DNA of 64,000 nt from Guillardia theta CCMP2712 (Eukaryota > Protista > Cryptophyta). The position numbers and the translations under genes are program-made. The DNA is taken from positions 69,154-133,153 of the forward strand of contig NW_005434529.1 of assembly GCF_000315625.1 (NCBI RefSeq), in the 5' to 3' direction. The notes beneath the pieces were generated by a model that was given only the letters and a program-made list of their open reading frames with translations, made no database searches and was not told the origin of the DNA. Below, piece by piece: positions 13,004 to 29,810 of this stretch (within the stretch, counting starts at the first letter, position 1; each line of letters opens with the position of its first letter).

Positions 13004-13057
13004 AGAGTCTGCAACATTGTCAGACAGTGTCAACTCGCTGAAGTATAACTAGACAAA

Positions 13058-13423
13058 ATGCCGGGCGCACGAATGAGGAGGAGGAAAAAGGCGAGACAGG
13101 AGCGTCAACAGCAAGAAGGATCCAACGATGAAGAAGGGAAGGCGAAGTTGTTTGACGACGATGAGCAAGAAGAGGAAGAGGAAGAAAGCCTGACTGTGAA
13201 CGAGAAGTTCAAGCAGAGGTTTGAACACAATGAGAAGCTAAAGGATAAAATGAAATTGAAGGAGCTAGAGGCGCAGTTAGGAGACGACGACTCCTCGAGC
13301 ACGGAAGAGGACGAAGGAGATTTGCTGACGGATAAGATTGATCAACAAATATTGCAAACGCTGACGAAGATAAAGAAGAAAGACCCTGAGATCTACTCTC
13401 AAGATCGCAAGTTCTTCGAGAGT

Positions 13424-13459
<36 letters not shown>

Positions 13460-15950
13460 AAGAAGGAATCCAAAAAGAAGCATAAACCCAAGACTGTGAT
13501 TGATCTCGAGAGGGAGCGTCTCATGCGAGGAGAAGTTGACGCTGATTCTGACGACGATGCACCACCGAAAAGCGGGGAGGAGCTGACCTATCCAGAGGAG
13601 CAGGAGAGGCTGAAGGCGCTCTTCAAGAGGAAGGAGGAGGATGCTGATAGCGAAGATGACCTGTTCATGCCCAAGAGCAAGAGCATGGACGAGAAGGTGA
13701 AGGAAGACAAGGAGTACGAGGAGTTCGCCAAGGATCGCATGGCTGAGAACGACCCCTCACAGACGCTTGCAATGTTGCTGAAAGATGATGATGTAGACGA
13801 CGACGAGCGGTTCTTGCGCAACTATGTGCTGGGGAATCAATGGAAGCAGGAGAGAGAGACTGATGCGCACGGGGGGATGGGGATCGATGACAGTGAGGAC
13901 GAGGAGGCGGTGAAGGATGCGGAGGACTTCGAGGAGAAGTACAACTTCCGGTTCGAGCAGAAGGGCTCTGAGGAGATTGTGGGACACGCTCGTAACATCG
14001 ACGGGTCTGTGAGGAGACAAGACGAGAGGAGGAAGGAGAAGAGGAAGAGAAAGCAGGAGAGGGAGAAGACGAAGCTTGAGCTGCAGAAGGAAGAGCTGAG
14101 GAGGTTGAAAAACCTCAAGAAGCAGGAGATTGTGGAGCGGCTGAAACTGATCGAGAAGATCAGTGGAGCCCCGCACGTTGATGCAAACAAAGTAGACTTG
14201 GAGGATGAGTTTGATCCAGAGACGTACGACTCTCAGATGGCCTCCTTGTATGATGAAGAATACTACAATGCGGTGAGAGCATGCGGCGGTGGTTCTTTTT
14301 CTTCAGTCGTGATGTGACGATTCGCAGGAGGAGGATGCTCATCCCTTTGCTGATGCGGCAGCAGAAGATTTTCTTGACGCCATCGGATACGAGTCCTTTG
14401 AAGATGAAGATGATGATGAAGGAAATCCTGAGTTGTCCCTAGATGTTGGCCTGACGATTTCTACAGAGAATGACAGCGAGGATGTGGGGGACGAAGCAGG
14501 AGGAGAAGCAGAAGCAGGAGGAGAAGCAGAAGCAGGAGGAGAAGCAGGAGGGAAAACGAAGATTGAGGTTGGGAGTGTGGTTCAGGCCAAGTACCTGGGA
14601 GATGGCTTATTCTACGAGGGGGTGGTGAAGGCGGTCTCGAAAAAGAACTATGAGATTGAGTTTGTCGGCTTCGAAGGAGAGGTACAGAAGACACCCAAGA
14701 GCGAGGTAGAGTTGCTGTCGTCCAGGGAGGGAAAGAAGAAGAAGAAAGAGAAGAAGCTCAGTGCTAAGGAGCAGCGAGAGCTCGCGCGGAAGGAGAAGAA
14801 GATGGAGAAGGACAAGTCCGACCCGTCAAAGTCTGCTCGAGCCAAGATCACAGATGCGGAGCTGGAGAGCGTCGCAGCCAAGTACGGGGCCAAGGACTTT
14901 CTCGAGGAATACTATCAGCTGGATTATGAAGACATCATCGGTATGTGCTTGTTCATCTGCGCTGTTCCTCTTACTTCTAGTTGTCCACCTCCTTCGATTC
15001 CTCCTTTCACTGTCTTGCTCGTTGCCTTCTCCTCCGCCTGTCTCGTCGTCTTGTTCTCCCCTCCTCTTCCCCCTCCCTCCCCTCCTCATCCCTTTCTCCC
15101 TCTCCTCTTCTCTCCGCCGCTTTCCGCAACTAGATGGCGTCCCAACGCGCTTCAAGTATCGCACTACTGATCCCATCGACTTTGGACTTACTCCAGAGGA
15201 GGTTCGTAATACTTTACCTACTTCTCCTCTCCCCTTCTCCCCCTCCCCCTCCCCATCCCCCTCCCTTTCCCTTTTCCCTTTCCCTTTCCCTTTCCCTTTC
15301 CCTTTCCCTTTCCCTTTCCCGTTCTCTTCTCTTCCCTTCGCTTGAGCTTGACGGCTCTCGCAGATCCTCATGCTGGATGATCGCGACCTGCGGCAAATGA
15401 TGCCGCTGGCCTACGTCGCTGCTCCTTATCGACCGCCAAAGTCTAAAGTCGTCGCGAAGCTGCGGAGCAAGGCAAGACGTCTGGCGCGGGAGAAGCTGCA
15501 GGGCGAGACGGGAGAGGGGGAGGTGGAGGAGCAGCGCAACGAGAAGAAGAGCGTGAAGGGCAAGAGACGCAGGGACGGGAAGGAAGAGGACGGGGCGAAG
15601 TTGAAGAGGAGGAAGTTTGACAAGCAAGAGCGAGGGGACGGCGGCAAGAACAAGGCTGGAGGAAAGGACAAGAAAGACAACAAGGACCTGAGCAGCGACC
15701 GCCTGGCCTCCTACACGATGCACAAGAAGTCAGAGGTGAGCGGGAGAGGCCATGACATCGCGAGCATGAGACTCTCAGCAGGAGAAAGATGAAAAGAAGA
15801 TCGAGAAATATCAAAAAGCGCACGAGAAGCACTCGGGGAAAGGAAGAAGCAAGGTCAGTCCGCGCTGTCCTCGCCTCCATCTCCTCACCCTCATTCTTAC
15901 CCGAGCAGGAGAACGGGAGGAAGGAGGAGAGAGGAGAGACGTCTCGGTAA
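13058..15950 (+). CDS. KRI1: KRI1 homolog (40S ribosome biogenesis) with an internal Tudor domain
   Basis: Kri1 core EKYNFRFEQ...SVRRQDERRKEKR...EELRRLKNLKKQEI. Kri1_C [45 protein letters not shown]. Short GT-AG introns. Stop TAA at 15950. Confidence 0.92.
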
Positions 15951-17153
15951 GCCTGTTCCTCCCTCCTGCGAGCCTCGCGCACTGACGAGCGTCTACAGCA
16001 ACTCCAAGCACATCCTCTTCGACGAGGACTGAGTGTCAGTCTGTACATAAATCATCCCAACCCCCCTCGCCCCTGCCTTAGTGTCACTGTGACTAGCCCG
16101 AGTAGCCGCACTGCCTGACTGACTCACTGAGAGGATCGGACGAACTTGGAGAGCCGCTAGGCAACCGTCACCGATCCCATGCTTCCAGTGTGACGTCTAG
16201 TTCACCGAGGCAGGCTCGTCTTTCCTGGCAGTGACCTCAGTGCCTACCGTACTGTAAAAGTGCGCCCGGCCGATCGCGGCACTCTCAGCTTAGAGTTTGC
16301 GCGGCTTAGGCTTAGTGTCAGTGGTCGCCCCGGCGCCGCCGCGCGTCCGTCTTCAAGGCAGGCCCGCCCGGTGACTCCGCGCCACACTGTGACTCGCCCG
16401 CCGGCCTGCCAGGCACTGGCAGGCTGACTGGCGCACCGTGCGGTCCGGGTCCAAACATCAATGGCGCGCCGCGGCGGTGGCGTGGACTCACCCGACCCCC
16501 GGAGCCGGTACGGTAACTTGAGCTAATCTCTGATGCTTTGAGGTCTCTGTTCACTGACAGACCCGGCACAGATCTGAGCACAAGGACGTAGCCTTCAAGT
16601 TGACCACAGATCTGTGTCATACCACTGACCTGTTGGAGCACGCGGCGGCACGGTACGGTCGCGGCGTCAGGCCCCGGTGCCACCGTTGCGGCCCGCCCGG
16701 TCGCACCGTCTGAGATCCCCGGCCGGGCCCGCCGCCAGGCCCGAACTGAGTCGCACCGGCCCGGGCCGGCAGTGACCGTCGAGTTGAGTAAAACTTCATT
16801 TGACATAAGGGCGTCGAGAAGACGCTTCTCGCATGCAAGTTGAGAAAGAGAGGAAGAGGGAGGGAGGGAGGGAGGGAGGGAGGGAGGGAGGAGAAGCAAG
16901 AGGAAGAGCAGAAGAAGCAGAAGAAGGAGATGGTTTGTGTTACTTTTTGAGATGAAATATAAGAAAGTTTGTGAAAGGAAGAGAACAAGAAAGGGACGAG
17001 CAAGAGCTGAGTGTCCGTTTACAATGTGTCAAAAAGAGAAATTTGTAGTAGAGGACAAATATCATGTTAGCAAGAAGCTCCTTTCCTGTCCTCTTTGTCA
17101 TTGTCATGTTTTGACAGTTTACATGAAACACTTCATGCAGAGTTTTCGCCCTC

Positions 17154-17961
17154 ATGGCCTCAGCATGGAAGGAATGGGCAAGGAGAAGTTTGGACAAGAT
17201 AGCTCGAAGCAACCTCACTAGAACACTGCGTCCCGTTCTTCCTGCTCAAGGCTCGCCTGTGAAGGTTTCTGAGCTGTGCTTGCGGCGCCAGGAATGATGC
17301 CGCTCTTAGATCTCCGTGACAAGTGCGACGAGAGAAGCATGGTTGAACGCATCAGGCAACTTCATGCCGAAACAGTATGGAGGAGGAGGAGGAGGAGGAG
17401 GAGGAGGAGGAGGAAGAGGAAGAGGAGAGAGAGGCGATGATCAGCACGAGTTGACGCTCTTTAGCACGTGAGTGACGCAACGCAACCTTGTTGCGCGAGG
17501 CTGAGAGAGTGGGCGGCAGGAACGACTACCTTGGGCTCTCCAACCATCCACAAGTCATCGCCAGTGTCGCTGAATCTGTGACTCGGCATGGCATGGGACC
17601 GCGGTCGTCTCCTCTAGTCGCAGGCCACACAGAGCAGCAGGGCTTGCTTTCTAGGGAGCTGGCAGAGCTGAAAGGGATGGAAGATGCAGTGATTTTCTCG
17701 TGTGGGTTCGCAGCAAACACAGCAGTGTTCTCTCTGTTCGGGCAAGGGGAGGACGTTGAAGTTTTCTCGGACGAGCTGAATCATGCCTCCATCATCGATG
17801 GTTTGAGACTTGCCGGCCGGTCCAGCAAGTCAAAAGTCTCTGTTTACAAGCACGTGGATATGGAGCACCTGGAGAGCTTGTTGCAAGCCTCCTCTGCTGC
17901 AAGGAAGATCGTTGTTTCCGACTCTCTGTTCAGCATGGATGGAGATGTTGCGCCTATGAGG

Positions 17962-18040
<79 letters not shown>

Positions 18041-18051
18041 AATGGTGATGG

Positions 18052-18086
<35 letters not shown>

Positions 18087-18095
18087 GTGATGGTG

Positions 18096-18127
<32 letters not shown>

Positions 18128-18137
18128 GATGGAGATG

Positions 18138-18169
<32 letters not shown>

Positions 18170-18644
18170 GATGATACTGTAACATGAAAAGAGAGGAATT
18201 ATTATTCATTGAGCTGATAATTTTCTACAAGTCAACTACTTCTTCTAAAACAGAAATACAACTTTTTCCTTGCCCTCGATGATGCACACGCATCTCTTGT
18301 TTACAGCAAACAGGTGATTGGTTTTTTTCACTACTTTTCTGTTCTCACTTGCTCCCCTCCTTTCACTCTCTTCTTGTTATGTCCTTCATCCTGTCCCCCT
18401 TCGTTGCTGATGATACTTCCTCCTGCTCCTGCTGCTTCTGCTCTTGCTGCTCCTGCTCCTGCTCCTCCTCCTCCCGCAGGACTTTGCAGGAGCGGACCTC
18501 ATCGTTGGCACCATGAGCAAAGCCTTCGGCGCGCACGGCGGCTTTGTGTGTTCCTCCCAAGAGTTTGTTGACCTGCTAGTCAACATGGCGCGTCCTTTGA
18601 TCTACTCCACTGCTTTACCGGTTTCTCAATCTCCTCGTTCTCGT

Positions 18645-18679
<35 letters not shown>

Positions 18680-19409
18680 TCTTGTCTATCCAATCTCCCT
18701 TTCCTTCCCTCTTGCCTTTGAACGATCCCAATCTCATCCTCCTTTCACTCTTGTGAACGTTCTCTCTTTTTGTTCTGCCCCCTCTTCTTCCTCTACCCCC
18801 CCCCCCCCCCCCCCCCTGTTTTCCCGCCATTTTCCTTGCCGTCTTTCTTTCCATCCCTCCTATCCCTCTCCCTCCTCCCTTGCTTGCTCCTCCTCTGACA
18901 CCCAAGGTAGGATCCAGTCATAGCTGCTGCCCGAGCATCGCTACGTCTCTCGGAGGATCGACCATGGATCCGAGCGAAGCTGTGGAATAACGTCAGGCTC
19001 TTCGAGCAGACGACCGGTGTACCCGCACGCAGCCCGATCGTTCCCATCCTCCTGGGGGAGGAGGAACGAGCGCTGAGAGCGAGGTAGAGGAGGGAGCAGG
19101 AGGAGAAGCTTGTGAGACGGACTTGCAGCAAGGAGCTTCTCCTCCTCGGGTTCCATGTTCCTGCCATCCGACCCCCGACGGTGAGGACAACTCTCTGCAT
19201 CCTCTGCTACTCCTGCTACTCCTGCTCTCCTGCTCTCCTGCTTCCCACCTCAGCCTTTCCTCCACAAGTCCCCGCTCGCAGTGCTCACCAGGAACCATCA
19301 GGTCAAGCCAGGGACAGCTCGTCTCCGTGTGGCGCTTTCAGCTGCTCATGAAGAGGAGGAGATTGTGCGGTTGGCAGATGCGATGCGGAAGATAGGAGTG
19401 ATAGAATAG
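17154..19409 (+). CDS. bioF: 8-amino-7-oxononanoate synthase (biotin synthesis, class II PLP enzyme)
   Basis: MASAWKEWARRSLDKIARSNLTRTLRPV; NDYLGLSNHP; FSDELNHASIIDG; SDSLFSMDGD; DDAH; GTMSKAFG (PLP lysine); AIRPPTVKPGTARLRVALSAAH. Stop TAG at 19409. Confidence 0.93.
17962..18175. repeat. (ATG)n microsatellite inside a bioF intron
   Basis: Starts right after donor ATGAG|GT (17961). The coding frame resumes at ~18232 (SQLLLLKQKYNFFLALDDAH). Confidence 0.92.
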
Positions 19410-19721
19410 CACTGATAGCAGGATAAGGTGGGAAAGCGCACAGCAGAGGAGAGGAGAGGAGAGGAGGGGAGGGGAGGGGAGGGGAGGGGAGGGGAGGGGA
19501 GAGGGAGGGGAGAGGGAGGAGGAGCAACGAAGTGAACAGATGAGAGGAGAGGGGAGACGGGGAAAGATGTGACGGGGAAGGGAAGGAGATGGAGCAAGTG
19601 ATGGCAAAGATGCACGAGAATGGGTCGAGTAACAAGGTATTGTTATTGGAGACAAATAGAGAAGAAGAAAAAACAAAATATGAGGGAGGGGTGGGGTGGG
19701 GTGGGGATGCAGCGATGGACT

Positions 19722-23309
<3,588 letters not shown>

Positions 23310-23949
23310 TTCACCCCCCCTCGCACTCCACCAACCTAGAAATGAGCAACCATATGTAAGAAGTCAATCTCGAACAGTAAAATAAAGACGCGATCAAATG
23401 AACCGACAGACGAAGTATTCACAAGCATTCATGGATTGCAAGCGCTGAATGAAAAATCCAACTGCTCAACAAGAGATAGCGGATCCTCATGAAAGGCGAA
23501 AACCAAGGCAGTTTGAAGCCAAAACTTTCAAATACAACATTTTCACATGAATTATCAGAAAGCAGATGAGTAAAGGAGAGGCAAGAAGTCAACTATACAT
23601 CGGTTCTCTACTGTTGGCACCTAATCGAGAACGAGGGAACAAGTACAACAACACAGGATCGAGGAGCAAAGAGCGAGGAGCAACTGCAGGCGAACACCAG
23701 GACTCTGGAGAGTAGCATCAGTGGGGGGAAATTTTGCAAGAGAAGCGAGAGAAGAAGACAGGAAGGTGCGGAGGCCGCATGCGGATCACAAACAAGAGCG
23801 CGGCATAGAGGAGGATTACAGAGGCGAGCAGGTTTTGGGCCTATTTAACCAATATTCAGTTAAATATATTATATGTAAGCTAATAAGATAATTTATCTAC
23901 CACAAATAAGAATAATGTTCTTATATAATGGGTATTGTCATTAATTAAC

Positions 23950-24720
23950 ATGGGGGCCGGTACCCGGGGTAGGGGTACAATAACACATTCCGTCTGAGAA
24001 CCCCCAGTTTCCCAGGCAATTCAAGAACAATGGGTGGTAAGGGTAGCAACGGTTACTCGGCCCCCTATGGATGGGGTGGGTCCAATCCATGGGGGTACTG
24101 TCGGTCAAAGGGGTGAGATGAGAGGGTAGGGTGGATAAATCAAACGAATGTACCGGTAATGACGAGCTTGAAAGTAGGGGCACATTGTACACGATCCTGA
24201 AACATGCCCGACCAAGGATGAATAGAATTGGAAGGGTGGGTAGTCTGTCCGAGCGACAAACTTCTTCTAAAAGGGGGGGTAGTAGTCCTGATGTCAATAC
24301 ACCGGTCGATGAAATGGGCATACCACCACGATGTTAGTACCCCTCAAGTTCCCCTCCAGAGGGGTAGTAACGAATGTGATGTTAATGGCTGATAGGGTAG
24401 GGTGATCGAATTTGGAGGTGGGGTAGGGGTGGTGCTGAATGAGTGCATGAATTGAAGCCGAGGCGGACCAGCCTTGATCGGACCCCATCATTTACAGGGG
24501 GTGGGGTGAATGTATTTGTGGAGTTCAGAGGGTAGGGGTGCGGCTGAGTCTGAGAATTTACTCGAACGTAGGGGTTAATTAGCACTCTGATGTAGGGGTA
24601 CTTTATTCGTCAGGAAGAGGTCCATTGCATTGGTGGTGGGGTGGTATAGGATGTAAGAATGTTTCACGTGCGGTAGTTAAGATGGACCTTCAAGGAAGGG
24701 TAGTTAGTTTTTCACAATTC
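23950..24720. promoter_or_regulatory. GGGGT(A)-rich, strand-biased intergenic island between divergent SERCA and NSA2 starts
   Basis: Dense ggggta/ggggt/gggtagg words on the + strand, preceded by an AT-rich tract (23845-23950). No credible ORF. Regulatory role is inferred from position only. Confidence 0.45.
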
Positions 24721-25042
24721 ATCCCCAACTATATCTATAATTTCGAAAGTTCAAAACAATATTTGAAATATTGGAAGATATTGTAGACTCTTGAACTAAA
24801 TTAGCAGCCAGATCCACCCCTCCCGCAACTTGCTCGTGTGCTCCCTGCCGTGCCAGTCTCCTGTCTCTTCCACCCCGCTGTTCTCCTCCCACTGACCTGC
24901 TCCTACTTCAGAAGCTTCTGCTCCCCTCCCCCCCCTCTCATCCATTCATTGGTTGAAGAGTTGAAGCCTTCACTCTTGAAGCAGCATCCTCCTGAACAGT
25001 GCCGTTACTGCCGGCGACAACTTTGTTCTCTGATCGGTCAAA

Positions 25043-25825
25043 ATGCCTCAGGGAGATTACATAGAGCTTCACAGGAAGCGCCATGGTTTTAGGTTGGATC
25101 ACTTTGAACGCAAGCGCAAGAAGGAAGCGAGAAGACCCCATGAGCTGGCTGAATATGAAAAGAAAGCCTTCGGTCTCAAGGCCAAGTTGCACCACAAGAA
25201 ACGCCACCAGGAGAAGGCTGTTATGCGCAAAACGATTGCTATGCACCAGCAGCGCGAAAATAAGCACAAGGACGAGGATGTAATTCCTTCGGGTGCTGTT
25301 CCTTCCTATCTGTTGGACAGGGAGGGTGTCTCTCGTGCTAAAGTCCTTAGCAACACTGTAAAGCAGAAGAGGAAAGAGAAGGCAGGGAAGTGGGCGGTGC
25401 CGCTGCCGTCTGTGAGGCCCATTGCTGAGGAAGAAGTGTTCAAGGTTGTGAAGAGTGGAAAGAGGAAGAAGAAGGCATGGAAGCGAATGATCACCAAGAT
25501 GACATTCGTGGGGCAGAACTTCACCAGGAAGCCTCCAAAACTTGAGAGGTTTATCAGACCCATGGGTTTGCGTGTTACCAAGGCGAACGTGACCCATCCC
25601 GAACTGCAAGCAACGTTCCAGCTCGAGATCCTCGGTGTGAAGAAGAACCCTCAAGGCGCAGTGACTACCCAGCTGGGCGTCATCACCAAGGGAACGGTAG
25701 TAGAAGTCAACGTGAGCGATCTTGGACTGGTCACTCCATCAGGCAAAGTTGTTTGGGGAAAATATGCTCAGGTTACCAACAACCCGGAGCTAGACGGTTG
25801 TGTCAATGCAGTTCTGCTTGTATGA
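25043..25825 (+). CDS. NSA2: Ribosome biogenesis protein NSA2 (60S), intronless, 260 aa
   Basis: [20 protein letters not shown]...[32 protein letters not shown]...[23 protein letters not shown]. Confidence 0.97.
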   Translation: MPQGDYIELHRKRHGFRLDHFERKRKKEARRPHELAEYEKKAFGLKAKLHHKKRHQEKAVMRKTIAMHQQRENKHKDEDVIPSGAVPSYLLDREGVSRAKVLSNTVKQKRKEKAGKWAVPLPSVRPIAEEEVFKVVKSGKRKKKAWKRMITKMTFVGQNFTRKPPKLERFIRPMGLRVTKANVTHPELQATFQLEILGVKKNPQGAVTTQLGVITKGTVVEVNVSDLGLVTPSGKVVWGKYAQVTNNPELDGCVNAVLLV

Positions 25826-26771
25826 TCGCATGGGTTTTGTTTTGCTTTACAAGATGAAGAGTCATTTTTTTTCTTGTTTATATCAGCACTGTCTTCTCTT
25901 TGGTACTTGATACGAGTTGGCAAAGCTACATGTCTCTTTAGTTCAAATCTCAATGATTTCTCTCCCGTGATGAGGTGTTACATGTTCGTATACCAATCGC
26001 GCAGATTCTGGGATAATTTTCCATAAAAAAGAAAGAAAAAAAAATAAAAATACAGCTTGTTCTGATAGTCGTCTCGTAAAAATACTACGTGTATATCTGA
26101 TCGAGCTCTCTTTCGTGCAACATGACCATGCTATGTCATACCCTTTAGCCTATCCCGTAGTTCTGTCCTCAGCTGAAGACACTCAAGAACCATCTAGTCT
26201 TACACAGTCCAAACAAACGTCTCACTGCTTAGTTTTCATGCCACATCTGTCCAAAAACACACTTCTCTTCAAGCAAAGAAACCGTTTCACCGACACTGTA
26301 TTAGCTTGCCATGCATCTTCTGAAGCCCATTGCCACTTTCACACCAGCTTTACGAATCACTCCGTCAACATGTCGTGCAAGACCTGCTGTAAAACGCGTT
26401 CCTCATTTCTCTATGTGGAGCTCGCAGCACATGTCTCTCGTCAACTTTCCTCGTGGAACTCCGATGGCAAAAGGGTCCGCAAGCCAGTGCTGACATGTAA
26501 AGTTAGAGCTATTTGCGACTCCGAGTGGTAATGATGACATCTCTTGACATGAGATACACATCCTTTCGTTTAAAACACAGGTTATAGTTCTCGAAGGAAA
26601 GGTGAAACGATGTAAATTACCGTGGCTTCTTGTGCGATGACTACAGTGTGTAGTTTGATGACAGGAAATGTGTAGTAAATATTCTTCTGCTGACATCTGG
26701 AATGGTCTCGTGAGTAGTAATGCTGTCAGCATATGGCCCCCCTTCTATAAAAAGGAGTCTCCACAACCCTT

Positions 26772-27425
26772 TTAGCATCCTCGCTCCTCCTCGACCTCAA
26801 CCACGTACCCAAGAAACTCCTCCTCCCCTCTGACCAAGATAGCAAATCTCTTACATTCATCCATCGATCTCCTCTCTGCTCCCTTCAGCCAAAGTATGTG
26901 CATTGCCTTCGATATCGAACACGTCATGCAGATCCAGATCCAAGACTCCGCCTCCCGTAAACCAGATGTTTGTGTAGACCACAAGCCATCGCCAGCCTGC
27001 AAGACGTTGTTTGATGAATTCTATGGATGCTCGAAAGGAAAATTCTCATGCTGCGAAGAAGTTAGAAGCGTCGATGGTCAATTTTCCTTTCTCAACAGAG
27101 ATGCCATAACCGCCTCAGCCGAGAGTGATCCAAGATTATCATCAGTTCTTGTACAATTGTCTTCTTTCTAAACACTTATTCTTTTCAATAAAAACGCTTA
27201 AATCTTACTTACTTGCGCTGCCAATGTTGTTGGAACAATTGTTGCCTCTTCTCCTTTTTCACTACATCAAAGCAGAACTGTTTTGGTCAGATTCCTGGAG
27301 TTCCTAACTGGACGAGTGTTTCTCTCTTCTCGGTGTTGCGAGTCTGATTGATCTCAAGCTCGTGGATGTGCACATGTGCAGGAGTCCTGCTTCCATGCGG
27401 GACAAGAACATTCCCGGCAAGCATG
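26772..27425 (-). pseudogene. Short degenerate gene remnant, possibly discoidin/F5-8-like
   Basis: Protein-like frames interrupted by TGA/TAG (e.g. SSQHENFPFEHP*NSSNNVLQAGDGLWST...EAESWI). Identity is weak. Confidence 0.25.
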
Positions 27426-27506
27426 TTCAAATAAAAATCTTCTTGTATTCAAATCTTCTTGTATTCCCCTCTTGTATTCAGTTCATGGCTGGCCTTCATG
27501 ATTTAT

Positions 27507-28909
27507 CTAGCTTTCCGCAATGTCCTCGTCGTCATCCACATGTTCCATATCATCGGAAATCTTGATTTGCTTGATACTGCAGATGAGTTCCGACAACAGC
27601 TCCTGCATACTCATTGTTCACAGAGGAAGCAAGACTTGGAAGGTGTCATCAAAAAAAAAGAAACAAGGTGTTACCTTCGGAACATGGTTGTTTATCAGGC
27701 AAGAGATCTTGACAACAAGCTTTGCCACACAATCATTCTGCTTCATCACAGGTGCGGGAATCATGTTCTGCAAAAAGACGGCAAGGAAAGATGGTCGTCA
27801 AAGAAAAGATCAAACTGCGCGCATAGTTGTTCCAGCACACCTGGATGTGCTTCGAGACCTGTCTAGGGTGAGAGCTGAACTCCTCAACAGTCGACAAGTA
27901 CTCGGCAGCTGCGTGAACACGTAGCTGCAGGTCGTTCATGGCATGCTGGTCTTGGAGCGGCATTGGTCAACGCTAGCAGGAGCAAGGGGGACGGTTCGTC
28001 TTACATGGATGCTGCGGGAGGAAGATCCATGGACGTCGCAGCATGCCGCAGCCGCTCATCACTCCGTCGGCTCCAGTAGCAGCAAGACATTCCTCGATGT
28101 CCCGATGAGTGCTAGGGAGGCAGCGTCATGGGATGAGACAGGTGGAGCAGAAGCAGCTTTCACCGGATGTTGCCGTTGGAGATCACGGGGATGTCAAGAG
28201 CTTGCTTCACTGCCCGGATCCACTCCCAGTTGGCTGGCCACCTTCCAGTCCGCTTCCCTCCTCCCTGAACCCTTGTTCGCCCATGGACTTTCATCCTTGT
28301 CAGTGCAATGTGTAGGCCACAGCACTGCTGACCTGTCAGGCACTGGCATCCACATCGCCTGACCATCCTCGCCAGCTCCACTGTCTCTGCAACATCATCG
28401 AAGCATCGGATCTTCACCAGGCAAGCTGCCTTCGGGTTTGACTTTCGTATCGCATCTGCCATGCTCCGGACGCATTCTGCCAGCAGCTCGCGCTTCTCCA
28501 TCAAGAAGGCTCCGTACCCACCTTTCTTTGCACACCGCTGGGGGCACCCCACGTTGAGCTCCACAGCGGCGCAGTGGGGAGCAGCCAAGGCTGCAGCTGC
28601 CGCTAGATCGGCAGGATTCGATCCCCCCAGCTGCACGATCAGAGGCCTGTCCTCAGGATGGAAAGGAAACTGTGCACGATAGCTCTCGCTCCTCGCATAT
28701 CCGGCAGCATCAATCATCTCGGTGGAGCATATGTGCGCGCCATTGCGCCGTGCTAGCATGCGGAAGGCGCACTCTGACTGGCCCACCATGGGCGCCAACC
28801 AGTACACCGGTCTTCCAACGCTCTCGAACCATTCCCAGGCTTCTGCTCCACTGTACTCCCTTGCGGCATCTCGATCCTTACCCTGGCATTCAATTTCGCA
28901 CTCGCTCAT
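27507..28909 (-). CDS. tRNA-dihydrouridine synthase (DUS1-like)
   Basis: LAPMVGQSECAFR; DRPLIVQLGG; VELNVGCPQ (catalytic Cys); VKIR; VHGRT; IPVISNGNI; TGADGVMSG. Short introns continue the frame to TAG at 27507. Confidence 0.92.
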
Positions 28910-29810
28910 AGCTCGGAGATCCTCAACGCTCACAGTCAAGCTCTTTCCTCCTCTACCTCGTCTTTGTCCTCCTCGTCATCTCCTCCTCTCCTCCCCTCTC
29001 CCCTCCCCTCCCTCTCCCCTGCATTTCCAGGCTCGGGCAGGCTTTGTAAAACCCTGGTACCTCATAGTTGGTTACCCACCCTTTCAAGTACCACAATAGT
29101 ACCGGTGTTCAAGTACCCCTACCTACTTCCTCCATCAAAATCTGCTTGGACTACCCTCATTGTCACTAGGTTTCAAAGAGAAAGTACCCTGCATTTTAGT
29201 ACCCCTACCTCCAATATCCGTCCCCTTTCTACCCCTCAGCTCGCGGCATGGCGCCATCGGCGGCAGCGGATCCTGACGCCGATGGCGGCTGAGCATCGTG
29301 AAAAAATGTTGTATGGAGAGGAGAGTAGAGGAGAGTAGAGGAGAGGAGAGGAGTAGCAAAGGGCAGAGATAAGGTAGAGGAGAGAAGAGGAGAAAGGATG
29401 CCGACAGTCTAGGAAGGGATAGTGGTAGGAGGACCATAGAGGAGCGAGCAGACATGATGATGAGAACGATGGACTGTAGGGATGAGATGATCACTGTGAT
29501 CATGACCATGAGAAGAGTTGATGCGTCCTGGAGCTTCTATCTCAGCTATTTGAGATGATCGAATCGAGGGAATGTCATTTCATGGCACACGTCCAGGGAA
29601 GAGATGAAGGCTGCGAGTGGAAATCGGAATAGATCATTTATTTATGAAGCTTTACTGTATGTCTGAGTTGCAGGATCATTTTCTCGATCAGGCTTTCCTG
29701 TCGAATAGACTCCTCATCTTCTAATGACCTTGACAACTCTTCGTCGCCGTATTTGCTAGTTGACAACAAGACTGATATTCTTAAACAGGTATCGATAGAA
29801 ACGTCAGTGC

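Noticed and set aside
17844-18209. Poly-His / poly-Met proteins
   Set aside because: Translations of an intronic (ATG)n microsatellite in bioF.
23950-24720. Interstitial telomeric repeats
   Set aside because: G-rich words are dispersed and variable, not a tandem TTAGGG-type array.
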